A DNA stretch of 64,000 nucleotides from an uncultured Actinomycetota bacterium (GTDB lineage Bacteria > Actinomycetota > Actinomycetes > DATJPE01). This document shows, in pieces, positions 29,339 to 39,585 of this stretch (the stretch's first letter is position 1; each line of letters begins with the position of its first letter). The notes under the pieces are model-generated. The model was not told the DNA's origin. It saw only the letters and a list, made by a program, of their open reading frames with translations, and searched no databases. The position numbers and the translations under genes are program-made. The DNA is taken from NCBI GenBank assembly GCA_963819985.1, contig CAWFYH010000002.1, positions 385,404-449,403 on the forward strand. The letters are read 5' to 3'.

Positions 29339-30259
29339 ATGGGTTCGGTCCCGTTGAATCAGCGTCTCAAAGTTTCCGTCACGTCCACCGGGGAGCGCCA
29401 GTCCGTGAGCTTCAGCAGCATCACCGGTCCTGCGGGTCCGCGTCGACGTCTGCGGACCCTCGCCTTGGGGTCCGCAGTGACGCTGAGCCTCCTGCTCAGC
29501 GGCTGCTCCTCCGACGAGATGCCGCGGCTTGGACTGCCGGAGCCGGTGACCGAGCAGGGCAAGATCACCTTGTCGCTGTGGCAGGGCTCCTGGTTCGCCT
29601 TGCTCGCGGTCGGGGCGCTGGTGTGGGGCCTGATCATCTGGAGCATCATCGTCTACCGGCGTCGATCGGAAGCCGAGATTCCCGTCCAGACCCGATACAA
29701 CGTGCCGATCGAGGTTCTCTACACCGTCGTTCCGCTCATGATGGTGCTCGTCCTGTTCTTCTACACCGCCCGCGACGAGGCAGAACTCACTTCCCTCAGC
29801 GACCAGCCTGACCAGGTCGTCCACGTCGTTGCCTACAAGTGGTCCTGGACGTTCAACTACGTCGATGAGCAGACCTACGACATCGGCAACAATGCCGACC
29901 TGCCCGTGCTCTACCTCCCGATCGGCGAGACGGTTCGTTTTGAGCTCACGTCACCTGACGTCATCCACTCCTTCTGGGTGATCCCCTTCCTGATCAAGAT
30001 GGACGTGGTGCCAGGGCGGACGAACGCTTTCCAGGTGACGCCCAACCAGCTCGGTACGTTCAGGGGCAAATGCGCTGAGCTGTGCGGCGTCAATCATTCA
30101 CGAATGCTGTTCGAGGTGCGGGTCGTCACTCCCGAAGAGTTCGCGCAGCACATGACCGACCTACGAGCCCAAGGTCAGGTCGGCGAGCTGCAGGACGGCC
30201 GGACCAGTGACCAGGCATCGACCGGACAAGGCCGAACCACGATCGGAGGCAACGGGTGA
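29339..30259 (+). CDS. ctaC: Cytochrome c oxidase subunit II (lipoprotein)
   Basis: Signal peptide plus lipobox LLLSGC, two TM helices, and CuA ligands in ...H...[12 protein letters not shown]. Start at MGSVPLN; the ORF-track start further upstream is an Arg-rich artefact. Confidence 0.9.
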   Translation: MGSVPLNQRLKVSVTSTGERQSVSFSSITGPAGPRRRLRTLALGSAVTLSLLLSGCSSDEMPRLGLPEPVTEQGKITLSLWQGSWFALLAVGALVWGLIIWSIIVYRRRSEAEIPVQTRYNVPIEVLYTVVPLMMVLVLFFYTARDEAELTSLSDQPDQVVHVVAYKWSWTFNYVDEQTYDIGNNADLPVLYLPIGETVRFELTSPDVIHSFWVIPFLIKMDVVPGRTNAFQVTPNQLGTFRGKCAELCGVNHSRMLFEVRVVTPEEFAQHMTDLRAQGQVGELQDGRTSDQASTGQGRTTIGGNG

Positions 30260-31986
30260 CCCTCCTCGAAGAGCCTGGCGCGCCCACCACGACTCCGGCG
30301 CCCCCCCGGAAGGTGCGAGAGCCCCGCGGCAAGATCATTGTCCGTTGGATCACGACCACCGACCACAAGACGATCGGCTACCTCTACCTCATTACCTCGT
30401 TCGCGTTCTTCCTCTTCGCCGGCGCCATGGCGATGATCATGCGAGCCGAGCTCGCGGTCCCTGGACTGCAGTTCGTGAGCAAGGAGCAGTACAACCAGCT
30501 GTTCACGATGCATGGCTCGATCATGCTGTTGCTTTTCGCGACCCCGTTGTTCGTTGGGTTCGCCAATGTGATCATGCCGTTGCAGATCGGCTCACCAGAC
30601 GTCGCTTTCCCCCGCCTGAACATGTTCAGTTACTGGCTGTTCTTGTTCGGCGGCCTCATCGTTGTCTCCGGCTTCTTCACCCCGGGCGGCGCTGCGGCCT
30701 TTGGTTGGTTCGCCTACGCCCCCCTCAACGACATCGTGAACTCGCCAGGGGTAGGAGCGGATCTGTGGATCATGGGTTTCGTCCTGAGTGGTCTCGGGAC
30801 CATTCTCGGTGGGGTCAACTTCATCACCACGATCTTCTGCATGCGGGCCCCGGGCATGACGATGTTCCGGATGCCGATCTTCACCTGGAACATCTTGGTG
30901 ACCTCGATCCTGGTGCTCATGGCGTTCCCGGTGCTTGCTGCCGCGCTGCTTGTGCTCGAGGCGGACCGCATCTTCGGCTCGCAGGTGTTCACGTCAGCTA
31001 ACGGTGGGCCAATCCTGTGGCAGCACCTGTTCTGGTTCTTCGGACATCCCGAGGTCTACATCATCGCGCTGCCGTTCTTCGGCATCGCCAGCGAGATCCT
31101 CCCCGTGTTCAGCCGAAAGCCCATCTTTGGCTACAAGACGCTCGTCTTGGCGACGCTGACCATCGCCGCACTCTCGGTAGCCGTGTGGGCACACCACATG
31201 TACGTCACCGGCGCGGTGCTCCTGCCGTTCTTCGCCTTCATGACCATGCTCATTGCGGTGCCGACCGGGGTGAAGTTCTTCAACTGGACGGGCACCATGT
31301 GGCGCGGCTCATTGAGTTTCGATACTCCGATGCTCTGGACGATTGGCTTCTTGGTCACCTTTTTGTTCGGTGGCCTGACCGGAGTCATCTTGGCGTCGCC
31401 CCCACTGGATTTCCCGATCTCGGACAGTTACTTCGTGGTGGCTCATTTCCACTACGTGGTGTTCGGCACGGTCGTATTCATGATGTTCGCCGGGTTTTAC
31501 TACTGGTGGCCGAAAATGACCGGGCGCATGCTCGATGAACGGCTCGGGAAAGTTCACTTCTGGCTGTTGTTCATCGGTTTCCAGGGCACCTTCCTCGTAC
31601 AACACTGGTTGGGTGCAGAGGGCATGCCACGTCGCTACGCCGACTACCTTCCAGGCGATGGGTTCACCTTCCTCAACTCCTTCTCGACGATCTTCGCTTT
31701 CGTGCTCGGTGCGTCCACGTTCCCCTTCCTGTGGAACGTCTATCGCACGACCAAGACCGCCCCGCTGGTCGAGACCGACGATCCCTGGGGCTGGGGGCGT
31801 TCGCTGGAGTGGGCCACATCCTGCCCACCACCTAGGCACAACTTCGTCAGCCTTCCGCGGATCCGTTCCGAGTCGCCGGCCTTTGATCTGCACTACCCGG
31901 ACATCGCGGCTGGCGGCCCCGACCTGGTGGCATTGGCCGTGTCCGGTGGCGGCTCTAGCTCTGCTGCCGACGGGAAGGGGGTGTAG
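30256..31986 (+). CDS. ctaD: Cytochrome c oxidase subunit I
   Basis: Motifs [17 protein letters not shown] and 12 TM helices. GTG start overlapping the ctaC stop. Confidence 0.95.
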   Translation: MTLLEEPGAPTTTPAPPRKVREPRGKIIVRWITTTDHKTIGYLYLITSFAFFLFAGAMAMIMRAELAVPGLQFVSKEQYNQLFTMHGSIMLLLFATPLFVGFANVIMPLQIGSPDVAFPRLNMFSYWLFLFGGLIVVSGFFTPGGAAAFGWFAYAPLNDIVNSPGVGADLWIMGFVLSGLGTILGGVNFITTIFCMRAPGMTMFRMPIFTWNILVTSILVLMAFPVLAAALLVLEADRIFGSQVFTSANGGPILWQHLFWFFGHPEVYIIALPFFGIASEILPVFSRKPIFGYKTLVLATLTIAALSVAVWAHHMYVTGAVLLPFFAFMTMLIAVPTGVKFFNWTGTMWRGSLSFDTPMLWTIGFLVTFLFGGLTGVILASPPLDFPISDSYFVVAHFHYVVFGTVVFMMFAGFYYWWPKMTGRMLDERLGKVHFWLLFIGFQGTFLVQHWLGAEGMPRRYADYLPGDGFTFLNSFSTIFAFVLGASTFPFLWNVYRTTKTAPLVETDDPWGWGRSLEWATSCPPPRHNFVSLPRIRSESPAFDLHYPDIAAGGPDLVALAVSGGGSSSAADGKGV

Positions 31987-31989
31987 CCC

Positions 31990-32385
31990 ATGAAGGTCGA
32001 AGGACGCATCTTCATGGGGATCTGTGCCTTCTTCGCGGTCACCGCGACCGCCTACTGGCTGCTGTCCTACGAGCCAGCTGGGACGGCCGCCCTGGGGTTC
32101 ACGGCCTTCATGGCATTCCTCGTCGGCTATTACCTGCTGTTCACTTCACGACGCATCGACGAGCGGCCCGAGGACGACCTGGCGGCGGAAGTCTCTGATG
32201 GGGCGGGAGACATGGGGGTGTTTGCGCCGTACAGCTGGATGCCGCTCGCGGTAGCCGCCAGTGCCTCGGTGACAGCGCTTGGTACCGTGTTTGGCTGGTG
32301 GTTGGCCATCACTGGCGTGATCTTCCTGCTCCTGTCCGTGGCGGGATTCGTCTTCGAGTTCTACCGAGGAGACCACGCTCACTGA
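31990..32385 (+). CDS. ctaF: Cytochrome c oxidase subunit IV (actinobacterial CtaF)
   Basis: 131-aa protein with 4 TM helices, starting MKVEGRIFMGICAFFAVTATAYWLL, typical of actinobacterial CtaF. Position is immediately after ctaD. Confidence 0.8.
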   Translation: MKVEGRIFMGICAFFAVTATAYWLLSYEPAGTAALGFTAFMAFLVGYYLLFTSRRIDERPEDDLAAEVSDGAGDMGVFAPYSWMPLAVAASASVTALGTVFGWWLAITGVIFLLLSVAGFVFEFYRGDHAH

Positions 32386-32399
32386 GTGCGCCATACTGA

Positions 32400-32462
32400 A
32401 GTATGCGCAGACTGAAGTTTGCGCAGACTGAAGTTCGCGCATACTGAAGGTCAAGCATTCTG
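32400..32462. promoter_or_regulatory. Four tandem 16-bp direct repeats (ACTGAAGTnTGCGCAg) upstream of the L,D-transpeptidase gene; putative transcription-factor operator
   Basis: ACTGAAGTATGCGCAG / ACTGAAGTTTGCGCAG / ACTGAAGTTCGCGCAT / ACTGAAGGTCAAGCAT are followed by another TTGCGCAT half-site and a TTGACG -35-like hexamer just before the GTG at 32519. Confidence 0.5.
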
Positions 32463-32518
32463 GACATCGCGCAAGGTGGACCCTTGCGCATAACAACTGA
32501 CGTATTGAGGCTGTTGAC

Positions 32519-33724
32519 GTGCTCACGTTCGGCTCAAACCGGACCGATGCTTCCCCTGTGAAGCGCCTTCCGGCATTGCTTGCTGTCGTCGCGCTGGCGG
32601 CGACGGCTTGCCAGGCAGCCGATGCCACGACCGTTTCCGGGGAACGAGACGGTTCCGCTGTCGTGGCGCCGTACTCCCAGACCTCGATCAAAGTCAGCCC
32701 CAAGTCGGGCAAGTCGAAGGTCGATCCGAGCAAAGTAGTCGTGGTGAGCGCGGAGAACGGCGCCCTCAGCGCCGTGCGCGTCACCGGTGCCAACCACAAG
32801 GTCAAGGGCTCGATCGGGCCGGACGGGGTATGGCGGTCCTCCGGTTCCTCGCTGCGCTTCGCCACCAGATATACGGTGACCGCCCGCGCCGTGGACTCCG
32901 CCGGCCACACCGCGATGGCGGTGTCCACGTTCAAGACCGTGAAGCCGAAGGCCGAGCTGACCACCAGCATCTCGCCGATCGCCGGCCAGACCGTCGGTGT
33001 GGGGATGCCGATCATCGTGCGGCTGAGTGCTCCGGTCACCAACCGGGCGGCCGTCCAGCAGGGGCTGTCGGTCACCACCTCGCGCGAGGTGGTTGGCTCG
33101 TGGAGCTGGATCTCCGATCACGAGGTGCACTGGCGGCCGAAGACGTACTGGCCGGCCGACACCCAGGTGAGCATCGGGGTCCAGCTCGACGGGGTGAAGG
33201 CCGGCGGCGGGGTGTGGGGGGCGGAGGACCGTACGATTCCGTTCACCATCGGTAGCGCCACGGTCAGCACGGTCGACATCCTGAAGCACACGCTGACTGT
33301 CACCGAGGGTGGCAAGGAAGTGCGGGTCATCCCGATCACGACCGGTAAGGACGGGTTCATCACCCGTGAAGGCATCAAGGTCATCACGAGCAAGGAGCGC
33401 TACCGCGTGATGGATGCCTCAACGATCGACATCCCGAAGGATTCCCCCGACTACTACCGGCTCAAGGTGGAGTACGCCATGCGGCTGACCTGGTCGGGTG
33501 AGTTCCTCCACGCGGCTCCGTGGTCTGTGGCCAACCAAGGGCACGACAACGTCTCGCACGGCTGCACAGGGATGTCCCTGGAGGATGCGAAGTGGCTGTT
33601 CGAGCAGTCCAAGATCGGTGACCCTGTCAAGTTCACCGGCTCGGATCGGCCGCTGGAGTCGGGCAACGGCTGGACCGACTGGAACGTCAGCTGGTCGCAA
33701 TGGAAGGCCGGTAGCGCCCTGTAG
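32519..33724 (+). CDS. L,D-transpeptidase lipoprotein (YkuD catalytic domain plus Ig-like domains; LdtMt2-like)
   Basis: Lipobox LAATAC, bacterial Ig-like N-terminal domains and the catalytic motif SHGCTGM (the SHGC(I/T) consensus of Ldt enzymes). Confidence 0.85.
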   Translation: MLTFGSNRTDASPVKRLPALLAVVALAATACQAADATTVSGERDGSAVVAPYSQTSIKVSPKSGKSKVDPSKVVVVSAENGALSAVRVTGANHKVKGSIGPDGVWRSSGSSLRFATRYTVTARAVDSAGHTAMAVSTFKTVKPKAELTTSISPIAGQTVGVGMPIIVRLSAPVTNRAAVQQGLSVTTSREVVGSWSWISDHEVHWRPKTYWPADTQVSIGVQLDGVKAGGGVWGAEDRTIPFTIGSATVSTVDILKHTLTVTEGGKEVRVIPITTGKDGFITREGIKVITSKERYRVMDASTIDIPKDSPDYYRLKVEYAMRLTWSGEFLHAAPWSVANQGHDNVSHGCTGMSLEDAKWLFEQSKIGDPVKFTGSDRPLESGNGWTDWNVSWSQWKAGSAL

Positions 33725-34028
33725 GGTCGCCAGCGCCCCCCCAACGGGATTTCCGAAAGTCAAACAGTTCGGCTTTCGGGGGTCAGGGACCCCGTAATCG
33801 GAACAGTTCGACTTGCGCCCCTCGTCAGCCGGCGTGGTGTGGAGAGTCGGTCGGAGAGTTTCGTTGAGAACTCGCGGCGGAGCCGCGGTGAAGCAGAAAC
33901 TCGGAGACCCGACTCTCCACACGAGGTCGGTGCGGGCAGGTCGGAGCGGGGGGAGTACTGGTTAGTGCGGTTCGGCGTCGAGCTGGCGCTGTTGTTCTTC
34001 GACGAGCTCTTGCGCGTGATGGGCGGCG

Positions 34029-35612
34029 TCATGGAGCTCTTGTTCGGAGGGGTCGTGCACGTTCTCCCCGAAATACCAGCGGGACAGGCGTGACCGGACC
34101 CGAGCGACTGCACCGTTCGGGGCAGGCACACCGTTCTCGTCGATGAGTCTCGGGGGGTGGCAGTGCGAGCTCACGCTTGGAACCCGCCTGCAGCAGGGTC
34201 ACGCGCTCCTCATCGCTGATGGGCGCGTGCACCTCGATGAACTCACCCGACGGGAGGCGGCGAATGACGCCGGTCTCTCGACCGTGCAGCAGACGTTCGC
34301 GGTCCTTGCGCTGGAGGCCGATGCAGGTGCGCTTGGTGATGATGTAGGCGATCGGCGGGAGTACGAAGACACCGATCCGGACGAACCAGATCATCGCGTT
34401 GATCGAGACATCGAAGTGTGTGGCGATGATGTCGTTGGCGCCGGCCACCCACAGCAGGAGGTAGAAGGTGATTGCCATCACCCCGAGGCCGGTGCGGGTG
34501 GGTTGGTTGCGAGGGCGGTCCAGGATGTGGTGCTCGCGCTTGTCGCCGGTGACCCAGGCCTCGATGAAGGGATAGAGCGCCAAGGCGGTGAACATGACCC
34601 CTGGGAGCACCACCGACGGGATGAAGATGTTCCAGCTGATCGTGTGCCCGAAGGCGTTCGTCTCCCAGTTGGGGAAGATGCGCAGCATGCCATCGAGGAA
34701 GCCGATGTACCAGTCTGGCTGAGAGCCTGCCGTGATCTGCGAGGGGTTGTATGGCCCGAACAACCACACCGGGTTGATCGTCGCGATGGCCGACAGCAGC
34801 ACGCAGATGCCGAACACGATGAAGAAGAAGCCGCCTGCTTTGGCGACGTACACCGGCAGGAGGGGATAGCCGACGACGTTCCTCTCGGTGCGACCAGGGC
34901 CGGGGTATTGCGTGTGCTTGTGGAAGACGACCATCAGCAGGTGGACGCTGATCAGCGCGAGGATGGCGCCGGGAATCAGCAGGATGTGGACGGAGTACAG
35001 CCGCGGTATGAAGTCGTCGCCGGGGAACTCCCCCCCGAAGATGAACATCGCCAGATAGGTGCCGACGACCGGGATCGCCTGCACGATTCCCTCCGCGATG
35101 CGGAGCCCGGTGCCGGACAGCAGGTCGTCGGGGAGCGAGTAGCCAGCGAAGCCCTCGAGGACGCCCATCGTGAGGAGTCCGACACCGATCAGCCAGTTGA
35201 ACTCACGTGGTTTGCGAAACGCCCCCGTGAAGAAGATCCGGAACACGTGCACGGAGATGGCCGCGACGAAGATCAGGGCAGACCAGTGGTGCACCTGCCG
35301 CATGAGCAGACCACCACGGATGTCGAAGGAGATGTCCAGCGTGGAGGAGTACGCCTCCGACATCTTCACGCCGTTGAGCGGCACGTAGGAACCGTGATAG
35401 ATGACCTCGACCATGGACGGCTTGAAGAACAGCGTCAGGTAGGTGCCGGTCAGCAGCAGGATGATGAACGTGTAGAGCGCGATCTCTCCGAGCATGAAGG
35501 ACCAGTGGTCGGGGAAGACCTTCCGCATGTTTTTGCGCAGCAGGGTTGCGCCCGCAGTGCGGTCGTCGAGGTAGACGCCGGCCTTGCCGATCGGAGTGGC
35601 TGGGCTGCTCAT
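34029..35612 (-). CDS. qcrB: Cytochrome bc1 complex cytochrome b subunit
   Basis: Cytochrome b motifs: heme-ligand His in LMRQVHHWSALIFV and ISVHLLMVVFHKH. About 8 TM helices and an extended C-terminus typical of actinobacterial QcrB. Confidence 0.9.
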   Translation of the reverse strand: MSSPATPIGKAGVYLDDRTAGATLLRKNMRKVFPDHWSFMLGEIALYTFIILLLTGTYLTLFFKPSMVEVIYHGSYVPLNGVKMSEAYSSTLDISFDIRGGLLMRQVHHWSALIFVAAISVHVFRIFFTGAFRKPREFNWLIGVGLLTMGVLEGFAGYSLPDDLLSGTGLRIAEGIVQAIPVVGTYLAMFIFGGEFPGDDFIPRLYSVHILLIPGAILALISVHLLMVVFHKHTQYPGPGRTERNVVGYPLLPVYVAKAGGFFFIVFGICVLLSAIATINPVWLFGPYNPSQITAGSQPDWYIGFLDGMLRIFPNWETNAFGHTISWNIFIPSVVLPGVMFTALALYPFIEAWVTGDKREHHILDRPRNQPTRTGLGVMAITFYLLLWVAGANDIIATHFDVSINAMIWFVRIGVFVLPPIAYIITKRTCIGLQRKDRERLLHGRETGVIRRLPSGEFIEVHAPISDEERVTLLQAGSKRELALPPPETHRRERCACPERCSRSGPVTPVPLVFRGERARPLRTRAP

Positions 35613-36667
35613 CCGCGCTCCCAGAAACTCGGGCCGACGGGTTGGGTGAAGCCTTCGCGCGCGACGATGTAGCCCTCAGAGTCGACGTCGATCGCTAGTT
35701 GGGGGAGAGAGCGCGCAGCCGGACCGAAAATGACATGGCCGGCATCGGCGAGATCGAAGGTCGACTGGTGGCAGGGACAGAGCATGTGGTGAGAGCGCTG
35801 TTCGTACAACCCCAATGGGCAACCGACGTGGGTGCACACTTTGGAGAAGCACAAGATCCCCGCCACGTCCCAGTCGTCGCCCTGCTGGGCCACGATCTCT
35901 TCGGGTCGGAGCCGGATCAGCATGAGCGTGGCCTTGGCACGGGCGTTGAGGGTGCCCTCTTCCTCCTCAACTTCGGGAAGGTTGGCTGGGATTGCGTTGA
36001 CCAGACCACCGATCGGGATGTCCTCGGGCCGCAGGGGGAGGGGCGCCGGACCGTCGGTGACGATCCGGACACCTGGGTAGATGATCGTTTCCCGCAGCTT
36101 GTTCTTGGGCAGCGGGCCGAGGTCGCGCAGCATGATCACCGCGGGAAGCGGTAGCAGCAGCATGGCGCCGAGCAAGGTGCGCCGGATCAGCGAGCGCTCA
36201 CGGATGCCGCTCTCGGCGACGCCTTCGGTGAGGATCTCCTCGAAGGCCTCTCGGTCTTCGGGTGGGGAGTTCACGCGATGGCGCTCTTCGACGATCTCCT
36301 CGTCGGTCATCAGCTTCTTGGCCCAGTGGATGGCGCCGACGCCGATGAGCAGGATGGCGATCCCGAGGGACAAGCCGAGGAAGAAGTTGGAGGCCGAGGG
36401 CTCGAGCAACCCCGGGATGATGACGATGGTTTCGTCGGCCCGTGGGAAAGCGACGAAAGCGACGATGAAGCCGAGGGTGGCCAGCGCCGACAACCCGAAC
36501 GCCAGGGCTACCTGACGCTCATTGCGGCGGGCCGCACGTGGATCTTGGTCGGACAACCGCGGCCGATGCGCGGGCAGCCCTGGAGCGAGCCGTTCTATCT
36601 CGGACGAGGGGGCGTGACCGCTTTCTGCGTTTGCAGTCGCTGGGCTGAAGTCGTCGTGGTCGCTCAT
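35609..36667 (-). CDS. qcrA: Cytochrome bc1 Rieske iron-sulfur subunit
   Basis: Rieske boxes CTHVGCP and CPCHQS. Three N-terminal TM helices (actinobacterial type). Confidence 0.9.
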   Translation of the reverse strand: MSDHDDFSPATANAESGHAPSSEIERLAPGLPAHRPRLSDQDPRAARRNERQVALAFGLSALATLGFIVAFVAFPRADETIVIIPGLLEPSASNFFLGLSLGIAILLIGVGAIHWAKKLMTDEEIVEERHRVNSPPEDREAFEEILTEGVAESGIRERSLIRRTLLGAMLLLPLPAVIMLRDLGPLPKNKLRETIIYPGVRIVTDGPAPLPLRPEDIPIGGLVNAIPANLPEVEEEEGTLNARAKATLMLIRLRPEEIVAQQGDDWDVAGILCFSKVCTHVGCPLGLYEQRSHHMLCPCHQSTFDLADAGHVIFGPAARSLPQLAIDVDSEGYIVAREGFTQPVGPSFWERG

Positions 36668-37452
36668 GAGACTTTCGCCCCGATCCAGACGGCGGCTGCG
36701 CCGAGCAGGATGATCCCGACGATCCAGACGAAGATGCCTTCGGACACCGGTCCGACCCGCCCGAGTGCCAACCCGCCAGGATTCGGCGCGACATCGACGG
36801 TGCGGATGTACTTGATGATCTGTCGCTTCTCGTCGGGCGTCAGCGTCTTGTCTCCGAAGACGGGCATCGACTGCGGACCAGTGATCATCGCCTCCCAGAT
36901 CCGGCTGGGATCGGCCTCGGTGAGCCTGGGGGCATGCTTGCCCCGCGTGAGCGCCCCGCCCGATCCGGCAAAGTTGTGGCAGGACGCGCAGTTGGTGCGG
37001 AACAGGATCCCGCCAGCGGCCAGGTCGGCGTCGGTGTAGTCGAGCTCTTCGGCCGACGGGATCGCCGGGCCAGGTGACAGCGAAGCGACGTAGCCGGCCA
37101 GCGCGGCGATCTCGTCGTCTGAATAGCTGATCGGGCCACCGCCGGCCTGCGGACCCGGGGCGGCCAGCGGCATGCGACCGGTGCCCACCTGGAAGTCGAC
37201 GGCCGCCGAGCCGACACCGATGAGCGTCGGACCGTTCGACGTGCCCTGGGCGTTGAGCCCGTGGCAGGTGGAGCAGCCAGCGACGTACAACTGACGTCCT
37301 TCGGTCACTTGCTGGCTCGTGGCCGTCACCGCTGCCGCACCGGCATCGGTGCTACGTGCTGCAGCGTAGAGCGAGCCCACAAGAACCAGACCGAGGCCGA
37401 GCACGACCGCCTTAGCCAGCGGGTGTCGTCGGCGTAACGACAATGAGGTCAC
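36664..37452 (-). CDS. qcrC: Cytochrome bc1 diheme cytochrome c subunit
   Basis: Two heme c motifs CSTCHG and CASCHN and a C-terminal TM anchor. Start trimmed to GTG (VTSLSLRRRHPLAKAVVLGLGLV) with a GGGGAG SD; the upstream ORF extension is artefactual. Confidence 0.85.
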   Translation of the reverse strand: MTSLSLRRRHPLAKAVVLGLGLVLVGSLYAAARSTDAGAAAVTATSQQVTEGRQLYVAGCSTCHGLNAQGTSNGPTLIGVGSAAVDFQVGTGRMPLAAPGPQAGGGPISYSDDEIAALAGYVASLSPGPAIPSAEELDYTDADLAAGGILFRTNCASCHNFAGSGGALTRGKHAPRLTEADPSRIWEAMITGPQSMPVFGDKTLTPDEKRQIIKYIRTVDVAPNPGGLALGRVGPVSEGIFVWIVGIILLGAAAVWIGAKVS

Positions 37453-37463
37453 AGCGCTCCCCG

Positions 37464-38090
37464 TCACTGGATGAGATAGATGGTCGCGAACAGGCCGATC
37501 CAGACAACGTCGACGAAGTGCCAGTAGTAGGAGACGACGATCGCACTGGTGGCTTGGTCGTGGGTGAAGCGCCGCGCCGCGTAGGTGCGACCCAAGATGA
37601 ACAGGAACGCGATGAGTCCACCTGTGACGTGCAGCCCGTGGAAGCCCGTCGGCAGGTAGAAGACCGAGCCGTAGGCAGAGCTCGACAGGGTCAGGCCTTC
37701 CTTCACGAGCTCGGTGTATTCGAAGATCTGCCCACCGATGAAGACGGCGCCCATGACGAAGGTGATGACGAACCATCGTCGTAGCCCGACCACGTCGCCA
37801 CGCTCCGCGGCAAAGACCCCGAGCTGGCAGGTCACCGACGAGAGCACGAGAATCGTGGTGTTGACAGTGGCGAACGGAACGTTGAGCAGATCAGTGCCCT
37901 GGGCCCAGACTTCCGGGCCATTGACGGCCCGCAACGTGAAGTACATCGCGAACAGGGCGGCGAAGAACATCAGCTCCGAACTGAGCCAGACGATCGTCCC
38001 GACGGACACCATGTTGGGCCGGTTGGCCGCAGAATGCGGGTGAGCGGGTCGAGGGGTCACCGCCGATGCTGTCGCCACGGTCGACATCAT
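37464..38090 (-). CDS. ctaE: Cytochrome c oxidase subunit III
   Basis: 5-TM protein with the conserved C-terminus [15 protein letters not shown]. Gene order ctaE-qcrC-qcrA-qcrB is conserved in Actinobacteria. Confidence 0.9.
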   Translation of the reverse strand: MMSTVATASAVTPRPAHPHSAANRPNMVSVGTIVWLSSELMFFAALFAMYFTLRAVNGPEVWAQGTDLLNVPFATVNTTILVLSSVTCQLGVFAAERGDVVGLRRWFVITFVMGAVFIGGQIFEYTELVKEGLTLSSSAYGSVFYLPTGFHGLHVTGGLIAFLFILGRTYAARRFTHDQATSAIVVSYYWHFVDVVWIGLFATIYLIQ

Positions 38091-38152
38091 GGCAGGAGAT
38101 GGCCCGCTGTCCACCCCCGACCCCCGGGTCGGGGACGCCTATCCTGAACTTT

Positions 38153-39127
38153 GTGGGTTCAACGGCGTTGCTGGTGTCTGGGATCGGATTCCGGCCTGCG
38201 CACGGTGGAGGCTCGGGAGTCCTGCCCGAGCTCACCTGGCAGAGCGCGCTGACGGCTTGGTCTTTCGCGTGGCTCCCGGCTCTGTTCGTGGTGGTTGCCG
38301 GCAGCTTGTACCTGTTCGGCGCCCGGCGGCTGCGAGCCCGGGGGGATCAATGGTCGCCCTGGCGCTCCCTCGCGTTCGTCGGGGCGGGGCTGGGGACGGT
38401 GGTGATCGCCACCCAGAGCGGGCTCGCGACCTATGACACGACCTTGCTGTGGGTCCACATGGTCCAGCACATGCTCCTGGCCATGTTCGCACCGGTGTTC
38501 CTGGCGCTGGGAGCCCCTATCACCCTGGCGCTGCGCACGTTGCCGTCGCGGCCCCGAAGGGGCTTGTTGGCCGTCATCCACTCGTGGCCGGCCAAGGTCG
38601 TCACGTTCCCCGTGGTGGCCGGCGCGCTGTTCATCGCCACCCCGTTCGCGCTGTACTTCACCGGGCTGTACGAGCTGACGCTGCGCAACGACCTCGTCCA
38701 CGAGATCAACCACATGCACTTTCTCCTGGTGGGCTGTCTTTGGTACTGGCCGCTGCTCGGGCTCGACCCGATGCCGAACCGCCTCTCCTACGGCTTCCGG
38801 ATGTTGGCCTCCTTCTTGGTGCTGCCCTTTCATGCCTGGTTGGGCATATCGATCATGTCGGCGTCGACGGTGCTGGGTGGTGACTGGTACTACGCGCTTG
38901 GCCGGACCTGGGGACCTGCTCCCATCGACGATCAGCAGATTGCCGGTGGGCTTCTCTGGGCGACCGGAGATGTCATCGCGCTGCTCGTGGTCGTGATCAT
39001 CTTCTTCCAGTGGGTCAAGGCCTCGGAGCGCGAGGCGCGTCGAGAGGACCGCCGGCTGGACGCGTTGGACGCTGCCGCTGCCAGGGCGGAGGCCTTGGGT
39101 GGGGAGCCATCGGCACGAGGCTTGTAG
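38153..39127 (+). CDS. Cytochrome c oxidase assembly factor CtaG-like (caa3-CtaG/COG3336 family membrane protein)
   Basis: Polytopic membrane protein with conserved His/Met-rich motifs (LWVHMVQHMLLAMFAPVFL, HEINHMHFLL). Divergent from ctaE. The start is uncertain (a GTG at 38153 was chosen to avoid overlap with ctaE). Confidence 0.6.
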   Translation: MGSTALLVSGIGFRPAHGGGSGVLPELTWQSALTAWSFAWLPALFVVVAGSLYLFGARRLRARGDQWSPWRSLAFVGAGLGTVVIATQSGLATYDTTLLWVHMVQHMLLAMFAPVFLALGAPITLALRTLPSRPRRGLLAVIHSWPAKVVTFPVVAGALFIATPFALYFTGLYELTLRNDLVHEINHMHFLLVGCLWYWPLLGLDPMPNRLSYGFRMLASFLVLPFHAWLGISIMSASTVLGGDWYYALGRTWGPAPIDDQQIAGGLLWATGDVIALLVVVIIFFQWVKASEREARREDRRLDALDAAAARAEALGGEPSARGL

Positions 39128-39136
39128 CATCAGGGC

Positions 39137-39574
39137 GTGACCAGCGACGACTCTCCACGCGATACAGCGCCAGGGCAGGCTCGCGTCCTCGTCTACAGCG
39201 ACGACGCCACGGTCCGCAGCGCCGTACGCAGAGCGCTCGGTCGGCGGCCCGCCGCGGACCTGCCGGTGCTTGATCTGTTCGACGTGGCGACCGAACCGGC
39301 CGTCATCGCGGCGATGGATCGTGGCGGTTTCGACCTGGTGATCCTTGATGGCGAAGCCGTGCCGGCCGGCGGCATGGGAATCTGCCGCCAGCTCAAGGAC
39401 GAGATCTACCGCTGCCCCCCGGTCCTGGTGCTCACCGGACGTGCGGACGACGCCTGGCTCGCCACCTGGTCACGCGCCGATGCGGCGGTACCACACCCGC
39501 TGGATCCACGAGCCCTCGCCGCTGCCGCGGCGACCCTGCTGCGTGACCGGCTGGCGCGCCAGCCGGTTGCCTGA
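39137..39574 (+). CDS. Stand-alone response-regulator receiver (REC) domain protein
   Basis: Acidic pocket VLVYSDD, putative phospho-Asp in DLVILDGEA and conserved Thr in VLVLTG. There is no output domain, and the conserved Lys position is atypical (VPHP). Confidence 0.55.
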   Translation: MTSDDSPRDTAPGQARVLVYSDDATVRSAVRRALGRRPAADLPVLDLFDVATEPAVIAAMDRGGFDLVILDGEAVPAGGMGICRQLKDEIYRCPPVLVLTGRADDAWLATWSRADAAVPHPLDPRALAAAAATLLRDRLARQPVA

Positions 39575-39585
39575 CCAGTCGTTTC

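Noticed and set aside
33839-34093. 84-aa ORF in the ldt/qcrB intergenic region
   Set aside because: It overlaps a hairpin-rich convergent intergenic region and the qcrB 3' end. No coding signal.
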